64,000 nucleotides of DNA, from positions 1,472,001 to 1,536,000 of the forward strand of contig CAVQMM010000001.1 in NCBI GenBank assembly GCA_963713615.1, read 5' to 3'. The number at the start of each line of letters is the position of its first letter. Position 1 is the first letter of the stretch. The position numbers and the translations under genes are program-made. Source of the stretch: an uncultured Chlamydiae bacterium (GTDB lineage Bacteria; Chlamydiota; Chlamydiia; Chlamydiales; JAJFMA01). The notes under the pieces are model-generated. The model saw only the letters and a program-made list of their open reading frames with translations. It was not told the origin of the DNA and did no database searches. Below are positions 1 to 12,030 of this stretch, in pieces.

Positions 1-141
1 AGGGCTGTTGAACTCATGTTATCAGCGACATCCTCACATGCCCTCTAACAATAATTATAAAGCAAGAAGATCATTAACGCACCTCGAAGTTCTGCAAGAA
101 AAAAACGCTGCACAAAGCTATCGAATAAGCACGACATCGAT

Positions 142-474
142 TTGAAACTAATCCGGATGGCGGACATGACCAAAGACTGCTCACTACTTAGTAACATCAT
201 TAATGAGCTCTTCACTGACATTGCAAAGGTCAAAACCACATGGGAAATAATAAGAGAACTTAATCCCCATTTTGAGCCGGTTTCAGAGGACAACTGGCGT
301 GGAAAGGAAGCTTGTTTTTGGCTTCATGGAGAGACCCGAGTAATGGAAGCAAATAAATTGGAGCAATGGCTTTGCATTAGTCCACCTGTTTCCGAGACAG
401 CCAAAAGCTCTGCAGTGAAGCACTACAGGAGTTGGTGTGAGCATAGTCTGAAGGCCAGCTTATCGCCCCGCTAG
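142..474 (+). CDS. hypothetical protein (possibly 5'-incomplete)
   Basis: 110-aa ORF, no recognised motif. Confidence 0.3.
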   Translation: MKLIRMADMTKDCSLLSNIINELFTDIAKVKTTWEIIRELNPHFEPVSEDNWRGKEACFWLHGETRVMEANKLEQWLCISPPVSETAKSSAVKHYRSWCEHSLKASLSPR

Positions 475-739
475 TGGTTTTGCACGAGCAAACGATGTTT
501 TGGCTGGGACGGGCAATGCGCCCAGAGAGAGAGAGTCGACTTCGCCATTATCTACCTAAACGGCGCTTCAAAGCTTCTGACAAGGCATCATGAAACCCTT
601 GATACCTTATTGAAATATAGGCGAAGAGGTGAGCAACGCGTTCATGTCGAACATGTTCACGTTCATGGCGGAGGACAAGCGATCGTCGGAACTGTCACTA
701 CCGAGGGTGGGACTAATAAAAAATCTGAGGAGGGTCCTC

Positions 740-1000
740 ATGCAAAGGTGTAAAGCAAAGTCAAAACGTAGCCAACAACAGTGTAAAAACTATGCGCTAA
801 GAAGCTCTACCGTCTGCCGCGTGCATGGTGCTCGTGGTGGACCAAAAAGCCAAAAAGGGCTCCAAGTCTGTAAGAAAGCTCCTTATAGGCATGGTTTCTA
901 TAGCAAAGAGATGATTGCGGAAATGCGATCCCTCAGGCGCTTCCAGAAGTGCAACGCCCTGGATTACGGAAAACTCCCTGGGTATATTGATGATTTGTAA
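740..1000 (+). CDS. HGGxSTG-like small Cys/His protein (phage/mobile-element associated)
   Basis: RCKAKSKRSQQQCKN...CRVHGARGGPKS...HGFYS pattern; GAGGAGG RBS before ATG 740. Confidence 0.7.
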   Translation: MQRCKAKSKRSQQQCKNYALRSSTVCRVHGARGGPKSQKGLQVCKKAPYRHGFYSKEMIAEMRSLRRFQKCNALDYGKLPGYIDDL

Positions 1001-1058
1001 AATCTGTTGGCGGTTACAGTGAAAGACAGTATATTGCTTTCTTCCAATGAATCATTAG

Positions 1059-1812
1059 GTGAATGTGGAAACAAATTTTAGCGACTATATCGTGTATGCG
1101 GATGAAAGCGGTGACCACAGCCTTAGCACATCCGACGAAGACTATCCTGTGTTCGTGCTGGCGTTCTGCCTATTCAAAAAGTCCGAATACGCTGAGGTCA
1201 CTTTGCCTCAGCTGAGTCAGATTAAGTTCCAATTCTGGGGCCACGATGCGGTAGTCTTGCATAGCCACAAAATTCGCAAGCAAAAGGATGACTTTGCCGT
1301 TTTGGGCAACCGACGTACTCATGAACTTTTCGTTGAGCAAATCAATAACCTCATATCGGCATCACCCTTTTCTATTGTCGCGACGGTCATTGACAAGCGT
1401 CGTTTAATAAGCAGATATGCCAAGCCAGCTAATCCGTATAACCTGGGGCTTTTGTTTTGTTTGGAACGGACCAGCAAGTTCTTAGCTGAACACGGACAGA
1501 AGGAGCGCCTCACCCATATAATTGTAGAAGCGCGTGGAAAAAAAGAAGACACTGAACTGGAATTGGAGTTCAGACGGATCATAGCCAAAGACCCAAGCCT
1601 AGCAAAGTTTGAACTCGTCTTCTCTGATAAAAAGGCAAATGGGACGGGCCTGCAAATTGCCGACCTGATCGCCCATCCAATTGGCAAGCGTGTGAATTGG
1701 CAAGCGTGTGATTAATCCAGATAAGCAGAACAGAAGCTTCGAGATCGTAGAAAAAAAATTCCACAAGTATCCCAAATACCAGGGCAAGGGCCTCAAAATT
1801 TTCCCTCTCTAA
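1059..1812 (+). CDS. DUF3800 family (RNase H-like) protein, C-terminus frameshifted by a 16-bp tandem duplication
   Basis: YADESGDH and GLQIADLIAHPIG motifs; removing one AATTGGCAAGCGTGTG copy (1679-1710) restores ...GKGLKIFPL* ending at 1812. Confidence 0.85.
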
Positions 1813-1872
1813 CAAGCGAAAGGCCCCGGTATACACCGAGGCCAGACGCCGACCGGGAATCCCCAATCCTTA
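1813..1872 (+). ncRNA. putative DUF3800-associated structured RNA motif
   Basis: Hairpin GGCCCCGGT-ATAC-ACCGAGGCC plus GCCGACCGGGAATCCCCAATCC immediately after the restored DUF3800 stop. Confidence 0.6.
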
Positions 1873-1963
1873 TTACCATTGTATAACGAGGAGCGATAAA
1901 ATTCCAGAAAATTTCTCTCGCCTCTCTCGCCTAGTGATTTATGGTCGTTAGCCTAATAGTTCT

Positions 1964-2152
1964 TTGATTTTTTATCAAACTGAGGACGGCCAGACCCGGA
2001 TTGAAGTTCGCCTTGAAGACGAAAGTGTGTGGTTAAGCCAGAAACACATGGGCGAATTGTTTCAAAAAGATGTCAGAACGATCAACGAACATATTCAAAA
2101 TATTTATGCTGAAGGAGAACTGATCGCGAATTCAACTAGAAAATTGCTTTGA
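1964..2152 (+). pseudogene. RhuM-family N-terminal fragment
   Basis: YQTEDG..IEVRLEDESVWLSQ..M.ELFQKDVRTINEHI.NIY.EGEL, then premature stop. Confidence 0.8.
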
Positions 2153-2343
2153 TTGGAGAGTTGATCATGACTAGGACGAGATATGACTCACTGCGTAGCA
2201 ATGCATTTTTAGGATTGCCGTAATAAGGAAATAAAAATCCACTTTCAAACGATTCAGAAAAACGAGAGCGAATCCCCTTCGTTTAAAATTTCTTGTATGT
2301 TACACAAAAGATACCATTTACCCAAAGTAAAACAAGGTCTCTT

Positions 2344-3667
2344 ATGACACAAATGACTGATATCTGTCCTTTACAGAAAAAATCTAAGATATCAGTGGAT
2401 ATGAATTATGTCACCACAATTATTCTCGCGGGTGGAAATGGTACACGGCTTGAGCCTCTTACAAATACTCGCTGTAAACCCGCTGTTTGCTTTGGAGGAA
2501 AATATCGTTTGATCGATATTCCTATATCGAATGCCATTCATTCGGGTTGCTCTAAAATTTTCGTTATTTCCCAATATCTTTCGTCTTCTCTTAACCAGCA
2601 CATCTTTAACACATATCATCCAGGCGCATTTTCTTCAACTGCTATTGAGCTTATATCAGCAGAACAAAGACACGCGCAAAAATCATGGTTTCAGGGAACG
2701 GCGTGTGCTGTTCGACAAAATCTGCATTACTTCACTGAAACTTCTGCAGAGTATTTTCTGATTTTGTCTGGCGATCAGATATATAATATGGATTTCCAGC
2801 ACCTGATGAATTTTGCAAAAGAGACTAATGCCGATCTCGTCATTGCAGCATTACCTGTGAATGAGGAAGATGCAAAGCGGATGGGGATTATGAAGGTGCA
2901 TCCAGACTACTCTGTTGCTGAGTTCCATGAGAAGCCTCAAGAACAAGAACATTTAAATAGTTTGCGTCTTCCTTTATCCACTTTGGAACAGATGATGGAT
3001 GGAGAGATTGGGAATCGGCAATTTCTTGGTTCGATGGGAATTTATGTATTCAAACGGCAGGCATTATTAGACTTGCTGCAATGTGATGCTCGAGAAGACT
3101 TTGGCAAACATCTGATTCCAACTAAAGTGAGCCAGGGGAATGTTGTGGTTTACCCCCACAATGGCTACTGGGAAGATATCGGAACAATAGAATCTTTTTT
3201 TAAAGCCAACATCGCATTGACGGCATCTACCTGATTTCAATTGTTGCGAACAAAAAAAACATATTTTCTTCAGGCAGCATTACTTGTCAGCTCCCAAGAT
3301 TGTTAACTCATCGATTATGAATTCCATTATCTGCGAAGGATCTTTTGTGGAAGCAGCTGAGGTGACAAAGAGTATTATTGGATTGCGGTCGATCGTTAAG
3401 CAAGGTTCTATCATTAGGAATAGCTATATCATAGGTAATGATTGCTATACTTCTTCCACTCAATCACAAAGTTCAAATTCTCCTTCAATTCGAGAAAACT
3501 GCATCATCGATCACGCTATCATCGATAAAAATGTTCACATAGGAAAAAACGTGCAGTTGATTAACAAAGATAAACTATTGAACTTCAGCAGCGATAAAAT
3601 TTGTATTCGAGATGGGATTATCGTTGTCCCTCGTGGAGCTCATCTACCGGATGGATTTATTTTATGA
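2344..3667 (+). CDS. glgC: glucose-1-phosphate adenylyltransferase (frameshifted near 3230-3280)
   Basis: ILAGG.GTRL.PLT..R.KPAV.FGGKYRLIDIPISN, DFGK, YWEDIGT; hexapeptide C-terminus in ORF 3284-3667. Confidence 0.92.
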
Positions 3668-3690
3668 TGGCAAATTATGGAAGAAATTAG

Positions 3691-4338
3691 ATGAAAAAAT
3701 CGAATGCAATTACCCACTTGTTTTTGGATATCGGCGGTGTTCTGCTCACCAATGGTTGGGATCATCATGCCCGCAAGCGGGCAGCAACAAGCTTCAAGTT
3801 GAAGTGGGCAGAGATAGAGGCGCGGCATCATTTGATTTTTGAAACCTATGAAGAGGGAAAGTTTACGCTGGAAGACTACTTGAGTCTGGTTATCTTCTAT
3901 AAAAAACAACCGTTTACAAGAGCTCAATTTCGAAGTTTCATGTTTGCACAGTCTAAGCCATATCCCAAAATGATCGATTTGGTGTGTCAGCTTAAAATAA
4001 AATATGGATTGAAGATTGTTGTGGTCAGCAACGAAGCAAGGGAATTAAATGCACATAGGATTCGGAAGTTCAAGTTAGATGAATTTGTGGATTCTTTTGT
4101 TTCGTCTTGCTTTGTCCACGTCCGCAAGCCCGACGCAGAGATCTTTCGACTTGCGTTGGACATCGGTCATGCACAAGCCGAGCAAATAGTCTATATAGAA
4201 AACACCCCGATGTTTGTCCAGATCGCGGAAGGATTGGGGATCCGAAGCATTCTTCACACAGATTACAAGTCCACATGCGAAAAACTGGCTTCATTCGGAT
4301 TTCAGACTGACGAAGGAGCCATCTATGAAACCAGCTGA
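3691..4338 (+). CDS. HAD-family phosphatase
   Basis: FLDIGGVL motif I, VSN, RKPD.EIF. Confidence 0.88.
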   Translation: MKKSNAITHLFLDIGGVLLTNGWDHHARKRAATSFKLKWAEIEARHHLIFETYEEGKFTLEDYLSLVIFYKKQPFTRAQFRSFMFAQSKPYPKMIDLVCQLKIKYGLKIVVVSNEARELNAHRIRKFKLDEFVDSFVSSCFVHVRKPDAEIFRLALDIGHAQAEQIVYIENTPMFVQIAEGLGIRSILHTDYKSTCEKLASFGFQTDEGAIYETS

Positions 4339-5539
4339 AAAACGTATCCTGACGATTAATGGCGGTTCATCGAGCATCAAATTCGCGGTGTTCGATGCGG
4401 CAGGCCCGCTTAATCGGATTCTAGGAGGCAGCATTGACCAGATTGGATTGCCGAATACCACCTTGCGTGTGAAAGGCTTGAGCAAGGCGGACAACTTTTC
4501 GCGACCGGTGGAGGCACAGAACCATACTGTTGCGGTGGCCACCCTGATGGACTGGATTGAGGAACGCTGCGGGAAGGATGGATTGACCGCGGTAGGACAT
4601 CGAGTGGTACAAGGTGGACCGAAATATAGCAATCCGCAGCGAATTACTGAGGAAATGGTTGAAGAGTTGCGTCAGCTTAGTTCTTTCGACCCTGAGCATC
4701 TACCGGAAGAAATTCTGTTAATCAAAGCGTTTCATCGCCGATTTCCTGACTTACCACAAGTGGCGTGTTTTGACACCGCTTTTCATCATGACCTGCCGTG
4801 CGTAGCTAGGTTATTACCGATTCCACGTCGTTATGAATCTCAGGGAGTGCGACGGTACGGATTTCACGGATTGTCGTATGAGTTTTTAATGGGAGAACTG
4901 GCCCGCTTGGCCGGATCTGAAGCTGCACAAGGCCGAGTCGTCCTCGCTCATCTAGGCAATGGCGCAAGCCTGGCTGCGGTGCGACATGGCAAATCCATGG
5001 ATACAAGTATGAGTTTCACTCCGACAGCTGGGGTGCCAATGGGAACCCGTTCAGGAGATCTTGATCCCGGACTGGTTTGGTATCTATCGCGCACTGATGG
5101 CATCGATGCAAAACAATTCAATGAGATGGTCAATTTTAAGTCTGGGCTGCTCGGTATATCAGAAACTAGTTCTGACATGCGTGAATTGCTTGATCATGAA
5201 ACTCAGGATGTAAGAGCTGCTGAAGCGGTCGCACTGTTTTGCTATCAAGTTAAAAAATGGATCGGTGCATTCGCAGCGGCGTTGGGTGGAATAGACACGC
5301 TGATCTTCGCTGGCGGTATTGGAGAGAATGCACCCATTGTCCGCTCCCGAATTTGCGAGGGACTCGGATTCCTTGGAATAGAACTCGAAGAAAAACAAAA
5401 CGCAACAAATGAAGGTGTGATTTCTGCGAATGCCAGCCGGGTCTCTGTCCGTGTCATTCATACGGACGAGGAATGGATGATTGCTCACACAGTTTGCGGC
5501 GTTTTGGGTTTTCGAATTGAAAATAAAAAAGATGTTTGA
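4325..5539 (+). CDS. ackA: acetate/propionate kinase
   Basis: [44 protein letters not shown]. Confidence 0.93.
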   Translation: MKPAEKRILTINGGSSSIKFAVFDAAGPLNRILGGSIDQIGLPNTTLRVKGLSKADNFSRPVEAQNHTVAVATLMDWIEERCGKDGLTAVGHRVVQGGPKYSNPQRITEEMVEELRQLSSFDPEHLPEEILLIKAFHRRFPDLPQVACFDTAFHHDLPCVARLLPIPRRYESQGVRRYGFHGLSYEFLMGELARLAGSEAAQGRVVLAHLGNGASLAAVRHGKSMDTSMSFTPTAGVPMGTRSGDLDPGLVWYLSRTDGIDAKQFNEMVNFKSGLLGISETSSDMRELLDHETQDVRAAEAVALFCYQVKKWIGAFAAALGGIDTLIFAGGIGENAPIVRSRICEGLGFLGIELEEKQNATNEGVISANASRVSVRVIHTDEEWMIAHTVCGVLGFRIENKKDV

Positions 5540-5552
5540 AAGGAGCATTGTT

Positions 5553-7966
5553 ATGAAGGTTAAAAATGGAGTTAAGGAAGACATTGCTGCGGAAATGATA
5601 AATAATCCGTTGTCTCCTGATTTGCTGCAAAAGATAAACGCCTATTGGCGTGCTGCTAATTATCTCTCGGTCGGCCAGATTTATCTCTATCGACAATCCC
5701 CTGTTGAAGGAACCGCTGAAATTATCCCACGTGAAGCCTCTGGTGGTAGGACACTGGGGCACAACGCCGGGCCAGAACTTTATCTATGTACACCTAAACC
5801 GGGTGATCAAGAAGTATGACCTAAATATGTTCTATATCGCCGGTCCCGGTCACGGCGGTCCTGCTCTGGTGGGGAATGTCTACCTCGAAGGCACCTATAC
5901 CGAGATTTATCCAAACATCACCCAGGACGAAGCCGGGATGAAAAAGCTGTTCAAACAATTTTCGTTTCCTGGAGGGATTTCCAGCCATGTTGCACCTACG
6001 ACTCCGGGGTCGATTCACGAAGGGGGTGAGCTGGGCTATTCACTCAGCCACGCATTCGGTGCCGCGTTCGATAATCCCGATTTGATTGTGGCTTGCATCA
6101 TCGGCGACGGTGAAGCAGAAACTGCCTCTTTGGCAACCGCATGGCAGTCCAACAAATTTCTCAATCCAATTAGCGATGGCGCCGTGCTGCCAATCCTGCA
6201 TCTTAATGGGTATAAGATCAGCAATCCAACTGTCCTGGCCCGTATCGAGCCAGAGGAATTGGAGCAATTCTTTCGAGGCTGCGGATGGACACCTTATTTT
6301 GTCGAAGGTGATGATCCGGAAAAAATGCATCAACTCATGGCCAGTACCTTGGAAAAAGCTATTGAAGATATCCGGCAAATCCAAGGCAATGCACGGAGCA
6401 AGAATGACACCACTCGGCGACGATGGCCTATGATCGTCCTCAAATCACCAAAAGGTTGGACGGGACCGAAAGTAGTCGACGGATTGCAAATCGAAGGCAC
6501 CTTCCGGGCACACCAGGTGCCGCTTCTGGTGGATGCCAAGCATCCCGATCATGTCAAGTTACTTGAAGAATGGATGAAAAGCTACAAAGCTGAGGAGTTA
6601 TTTGATGAAAATGGACGTCTGCGAGCGGAATTGGCCGAACTTGCGCCCAAGGGCGAACGACGCATGGGAGCAAATCCCCACGCCAACGGTGGCATTTTGC
6701 TGCGCGACTTGGAAATGCCGGACTTCCATAACCATGCGTTGAATGTCTCTTCGCCTGGTGCCATTGAAGGAGAAGATACGCTCGTATTGGGTAAGTTTCT
6801 GCGTGACGTCGCCAAGCTGAATCAAAACCCACGCAATTTCCGTGTCTTCGGTCCTGATGAGACACTCTCGAATCTCTTGGGTGCTGTTTTTGAAGTCACC
6901 AACCGTCAGTGGGACGCCAGGGAAGTAAAAAATGATGAATTTCTTGCGCCCAACGGAGGCGTCCTGGATTCGATGCTCAGTGAAAACCAGTGCGAGGGTT
7001 GGTTAGAAGGTTATCTGTTAACCGGACGACATGGGCTTATTCAACAGCTATGAGGCGTTCATTCGCATCATCGATTCGATGTTCAGCCAGCATGCCAAGT
7101 GGCTGAAGGTATGCTTGGAACTGCCCTGGCGCCGGAAAATTTCATCGTTAAACTACCTGCTTGCTTCTCACGTTTGGCAGCAAGACCACAACGGCTTTAC
7201 ACACCAAGATCCTGGTTTTCTCGACCACGTCATCAATAAGAAAGCCGATATCGTGCGCGTTTATCTGCCTCCAGACGCCAACTGCCTGTTGTCTGTGTTT
7301 GATCATTGCCTGCGCAGCCGTAATTACGTCAACGTGGTTGTTGCAGGTAAACACCCTCTCCCTCAATGGCTGAACATGGATGCTGCGGTTGTGCATTGCA
7401 CGGAAGGCATTGGCATTTGGCAATGGGCCAGCAACGATCAGGACGCTGAGCCAGATGTTGTGATGGGCTGTTGCGGAGACACTCCTACGCTAGAAACATT
7501 GGCCGCTGTTTCCATCCTTCGCGAGCATCTGCCCGATCTGAAAATTCGCGTCGTTAATGTCGTCGATCTGATGAAGCTTCAGCCTAAAAGCGAGCATCCG
7601 CATGGATTAAGCGAAGCGGATTACGATTCGCTCTTCACAAAAGACAAGCATATCATCTTTAACTTTCATGGATATCCCTGGCTAATCCACCGGCTGACCT
7701 ATCGCAGGACCAACCAAAATCTGCACGTTCGGGGATACAAGGAAGAGGGCACGATCACGACAGCCTTTGACATGCGAGTGCAAAACGATATTGACCGGTT
7801 TCATCTGGTACAAGATGTGGTTGATCGGCTGCCTCATTTAGGATCAAAAGGCGCCTATCTGAAGCAGATGATGCAGGACAAGCTCATTGAGCACAAACAT
7901 TACATTGATAAGCATGGTCAAGACATGCCGGAAATCCGAAACTGGAAATGGGGTGCTCAAAAATGA
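5553..7966 (+). CDS. xfp: phosphoketolase, copy 1 (single-base insertions near 5691 and 7036)
   Basis: [41 protein letters not shown]; colinear with the intact copy at 56802. Confidence 0.93.
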
Positions 7967-9001
7967 ATACCCAAGAGCTTATAAACACTGCTATTGCCCT
8001 GGTCGCCTGTGATAAAGGCTTATTGGCGATGGATGAAAGTAATCCAACTTGCAATAAACGATTTGCCAGATTAGGGATTCCCCAGACCGTGGAAGCTAGG
8101 CGATCATACCGGGAATTGATTGTGACTACACCTGGTTTAGGTGAGTTTATCAGTGGCGCTATCCTTTATGATGAAACTATCCGTCAGTCCACGAAAGATG
8201 GCATTCCTTTTATTAAGGTCATTACTGATGCAGGGATCATTCCCGGCATCAAAGTTGACACGGGTGCAAAGGATATGGCAGGCCATCCCGGAGAAAAAAT
8301 AACTGAAGGTCTTGATGGGTTGCGCGATCGACTTAAGGAATATTACCAAATGGGCGCCCGTTTTGCTAAGTGGCGCGCTGTTATTGCAATAGGCGATGGC
8401 ATCCCTAGCAGAGGATGCATTGAGGCTAATGCGCAGGCGTTGGCACGCTATGCCGCATTATGCCAGGAGGAGGGATTGGTACCGATTGTCGAGCCGGAAG
8501 TGCTCATGGACGGAGAGCATACCTTAGAGCATTGCTTTAAAGTAACGGAAGAAGTTCTACGAACAGTTTTCAATCATCTTTATTCACAAGGAGTGATGCT
8601 AGAAGGTATGCTTTTGAAGCCCAACATGGTGCTTCCGGGATTAACCTGTCCCAAACAAGAAACTGTTGACGAGGTAGCCGATGCTACGGTGAGATGTCTC
8701 TTGCGAACTGTCCCAGCAGCCGTTCCTGGCATTATGTTCTTATCGGGCGGTCAATCTAGTGAACACGCTTCAGCCCGCTTGAATGCGATGAATGCTCAGA
8801 TTCAAGTCAAAACTTCCTTGGGCTTTGTCATTTTCTTTTGCCCGTGCCATCCAACAACCTGCTTTAGAGATTTGGCAAGGCAAGGAGGCAAATGTATTAG
8901 CAGCACAGCAAGCTCTGTATCATCGAGCCAGATGCAACCAGGCTGCACGACGCGGCGAATACAATGCCATGTTGGAAAAAGATATGAGGATGGATTTATG
9001 A
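7963..9001 (+). CDS. fba: fructose-bisphosphate aldolase class I, copy 1 (frameshift near 8795)
   Basis: [36 protein letters not shown]; true C-terminus ([11 protein letters not shown]) in ORF 8792-9001. Confidence 0.92.
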
Positions 9002-9774
9002 GTTCATCAAATCGGAAACCTGTGATCGCAGGTAATTGGAAAATGCACAAGACAATTGAGGAAGCAGTGAGTTTTGTGCAGGAACTGATCCCATTAATCC
9101 AGAATACTCAAGCTAAAATCTATATCGCTGTTCCCTATACAGCACTTCGTTTTGCTGCTGATGCAGCCAAGGACTGCCCTATTGTCATAGGAGCAGAAAA
9201 CATGAGTGATGAAACGGAAGGCGCTTTCACCGGAGAAATTTCAGCAAATATGTTGAAAAATGCAGGAGCACAGTTTGTTATCTTAGGCCATTCTGAGAGG
9301 CGTCACATTTTTAATGAGACTAATGCTTTCATCCACAGCAAAGTCAAAAGAGCTATTTCTGAAAATATACAAATTATCTTTTGCCTCGGTGAAACAGAAC
9401 AAGAGCGCAAAGCTAAAAAAACAGAAGAAGTACTCACTCAGCAATTGGAGGAATCCCTAGGCGATATTGCGGCAGAACAGATGGCCGCGATTATTCTAGC
9501 TTATGAACCTGTATGGGCCATTGGGTCGGGTCATTCTGCTCTTCCTGAAGAAGTTCAAGCGATGCACCATTTTTGTCGTCAATGGGTGAAGCAAAAGTGG
9601 GGAGAAGAAACCGCTCAGAAAGTGATTATTCAGTATGGAGGCTCGGTGCATCCTAATGATGCAAAGGATTTTATGGAACTACCTGATGTGGATGGTGTTC
9701 TGGTAGGGGGCGCTTCCCTCACAGTCGAATCATTTAATAAAATTATTCATTATTCAAGTGTAGGCATTAGATGA
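8998..9774 (+). CDS. tpiA: triosephosphate isomerase
   Basis: AGNWKMHK, GAFTGEIS, LGHSERR, AYEPVWAIG, YGGSV, LVGGAS. Confidence 0.95.
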   Translation: MSSSNRKPVIAGNWKMHKTIEEAVSFVQELIPLIQNTQAKIYIAVPYTALRFAADAAKDCPIVIGAENMSDETEGAFTGEISANMLKNAGAQFVILGHSERRHIFNETNAFIHSKVKRAISENIQIIFCLGETEQERKAKKTEEVLTQQLEESLGDIAAEQMAAIILAYEPVWAIGSGHSALPEEVQAMHHFCRQWVKQKWGEETAQKVIIQYGGSVHPNDAKDFMELPDVDGVLVGGASLTVESFNKIIHYSSVGIR

Positions 9775-11002
9775 AATCCAATGCTGATCAGCTCAAGACT
9801 TCCAAATTGAACCCGGAATCAAAACCCAATGCAAAGGATGATCTAAAAACTATTTCCATGCCGGAATTGGAGAAAAAATTGGGCTCGTCGTCGGAAGGAC
9901 TTACTCAAGCCGAGGCGCAGAAACGATTGATTCAATATGGACCTAACGAGATTGAAGAAAAGAAAACCAATCCTTTTCTTAAATTCCTTAGCTACTTTTG
10001 GGGTCCCATCCCTTGGATGATTGAAATAGCGGTGATTCTGTCAGGCGTGGTCCGGCACTGGCCGGATTTTTTCATCATTCTGCTTTTACTTTTTACCAAT
10101 GCTATCGTCGGATTCTGGGAAGAACGGCAGGCTGGAAATGCCATTGCTGCTCTGAAAGCCAAGCTGGCGATTAAGGCTCGAGTGAAACGCGATGGAAAGT
10201 GGGTTAATCCAGCGGCGCGTGAATTGGTGCCGGGAGATGTCATTCGGTTGCGCATGGGCGATATTGTGCCGGCGGATGCGCGTTTGTTAGAGGGCGATCC
10301 GGTGGAGGTGGATCAGTCTGCGCTGACAGGAGAATCGTTGCCAGTCACCCATAAATCCGGCGAAGCTGTGTTTTCCGGATCGATTATACGCCAGGGAGAA
10401 ATCGGAGCATTAGTATATGGCACTGGTGCGAATACCTATTTCGGCAAGACAGCACAATTAGTACAGGGAGCGCATACCGTCAGTCATTTTCAAAAAGCGG
10501 TTTTGAAGATTGGCGATTATCTGATTATTCTCGCAGTGGTTTTGGTTGCTCTGATTATTACTGTGGCGATCTTCCGTGGAGATCCGATCCTCACGACATT
10601 GCAGTTCGCCTTAGTATTGACTGTAGCGGCGATTCCTGTGGCAATGCCGACAGTCCTATCGGTTACGATGGCAGTCGGTGCGCGCCTACTAGCCAGAAAA
10701 GAAGCAATTGTTAGCAGGTTAGTGGCCATCGAGGAATTAGCAGGAGTCGATGTTCTGTGCGCGGATAAAACCGGTACGCTGACTCAGAACAAGCTGACAC
10801 TTGGCGATCCCTTCAGCGTGGATAATGTTAGCGCGGAACAAGTCATCCTCAATGCCGCGCTGGCGTCCCGCGCAGATAATAACGATATTATTGATCTGGC
10901 CGTTCTGGGCGGTTTGAAAAATAAAGATGCAATGAAAGGCTATCAGGTAATTCATTTCCAGCCATTCGACCCAGTGCATAAACGTACCGAGGCCACAGTC
11001 AA
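9771..11002 (+). pseudogene. plasma-membrane-type (P3A) H+-ATPase, truncated at a hairpin repeat
   Basis: WGPIPWMIE, TGES, IPVAMP, DKTGTLT; homology to the 59188 copy ends at 11002 where GGCTAGGGGTCAG begins. Confidence 0.88.
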
Positions 11003-11130
11003 GGCTAGGGGTCAGGGCTAGGGCTAGGGGTCAGACGTGACTTGTTGACTTGTTCACTTGTTCATCGTACGAGAAACCTTAGTTGAGCAATCCAGCGGAA
11101 TTTCTGACGAACAATCACGTCTGCCCCTAC
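11003..11130. repeat. REP-like hairpin junction motif: stuttered forward copy plus degenerate inverted copy
   Basis: GGCTAGGGGTCAG-GGCTA-GGGCTAGGGGTCAGACGTGACTTGTTGACTTG; inverted TCACGTCTGCCCCTA at about 11115-11129. Confidence 0.8.
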
Positions 11131-11487
11131 TAACATCACACCTTGGAGAGCTCTAGCACTACATCCATCTTGATCTCCAAGTCACCAAAAAATTCACTAA
11201 ACACATCTCAGAACAGATTCTTCAAGAAGTAATCCAGATGACCTCAAGCAATGTGGGGGGCAATTGCCGCGAAACTGTAACGATAAGTAATGGCTTTGAA
11301 TTGTCGCTTCACCGATGCGATAATTTAACGCTAGATTACAGATTGTCATATCGTGATACGACAATCCAGCAAGCACCCTGTAGGCACAATAAGTAGGATT
11401 GATTTAGTAGCCCAAACTGGGATATTTAGGACTGAGGGAAGTGATGAATGAGAAAAAGGTAAAAGAACTTAGATGGATGGCCGCTCT

Positions 11488-11518
11488 GGGGCTAGGGTCA
11501 GATATGACTTATTGACTT
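11488..11518 (+). repeat. REP-like hairpin junction motif
   Basis: GGGGCTAGGGTCAGATATGACTTATTGACTT. Confidence 0.75.
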
Positions 11519-11522
11519 TTGT

Positions 11523-11708
11523 GCACAGCATCTGGCTGACGCCAATGCCTATCGCCGGGATAGACGTAAAGATGCTTTACTCCAACAGAATGGTTACATG
11601 GTTCTACGATTCTTAAGCGAAGATGTGGGTAAGCATCTTGATGATGTTTTGGATTCAATTCTTCGCGCCTTGACACATCAAAGTGCACTTCTAGAAGGCA
11701 AAACTTGA
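11523..11708 (+). pseudogene. 3' fragment of a DUF559/Vsr-like endonuclease domain
   Basis: Manual translation AQHLADANAYRRDRRKDALLQQNGYMVLRFLSEDVGKHLDDVLDSILRAL...*, starting right after the repeat. Confidence 0.7.
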
Positions 11709-11786
11709 ATCTATTTGTGAGATAAAATATGGGAAGGTATTATATGAAAGTTCAATTATTGAAGATACGGTTAAGGATTTATTGGT

Positions 11787-12030
11787 ATGTTTAAGTCTGC
11801 CTTTGCTTATGATGAAGAGGTCATTTTCTACTTTGATCTTTTGGGAAATAAATATGTTGCACAAGGAGGAAGTCTTGCCTGGCGTTTAAATAACCCTGGA
11901 TTGGTCAGAAGTCGTTCTCATTTTGCTAGAAAAAACGGATCTATTGGATCTTATACGGGATTTGCTATTTTTTCTTCTCCTCAACAGGGAAGGAAGGCTC
12001 TAATAGACTTGGTAAGAACGAAAAAATATT
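11787..12030 (+). pseudogene. N-terminal fragment of a protein with a WRxNNPG...FAIF motif, cut by ISL3
   Basis: ORF reads into the ISL3 left IR at 12031. Confidence 0.6.

Noticed and set aside
1..1000. Prophage
   Set aside because: Only one phage-associated small gene is visible; no integrase, terminase or structural genes in the window
2344..9001. Programmed frameshifting or real decay of glgC, xfp and fba
   Set aside because: Isolated single-base insertions without slippery sites or accumulated nonsense codons fit long-read error better; cannot be settled without reads
7948..9774. 608-aa Fba-TpiA fusion in the ORF track
   Set aside because: Caused by a single-base insertion near 8795 (AATGCTCAGA versus AATGTCAGA in copy 2). 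The real fba C-terminus is in another frame and stops at 9001, overlapping the tpiA ATG.
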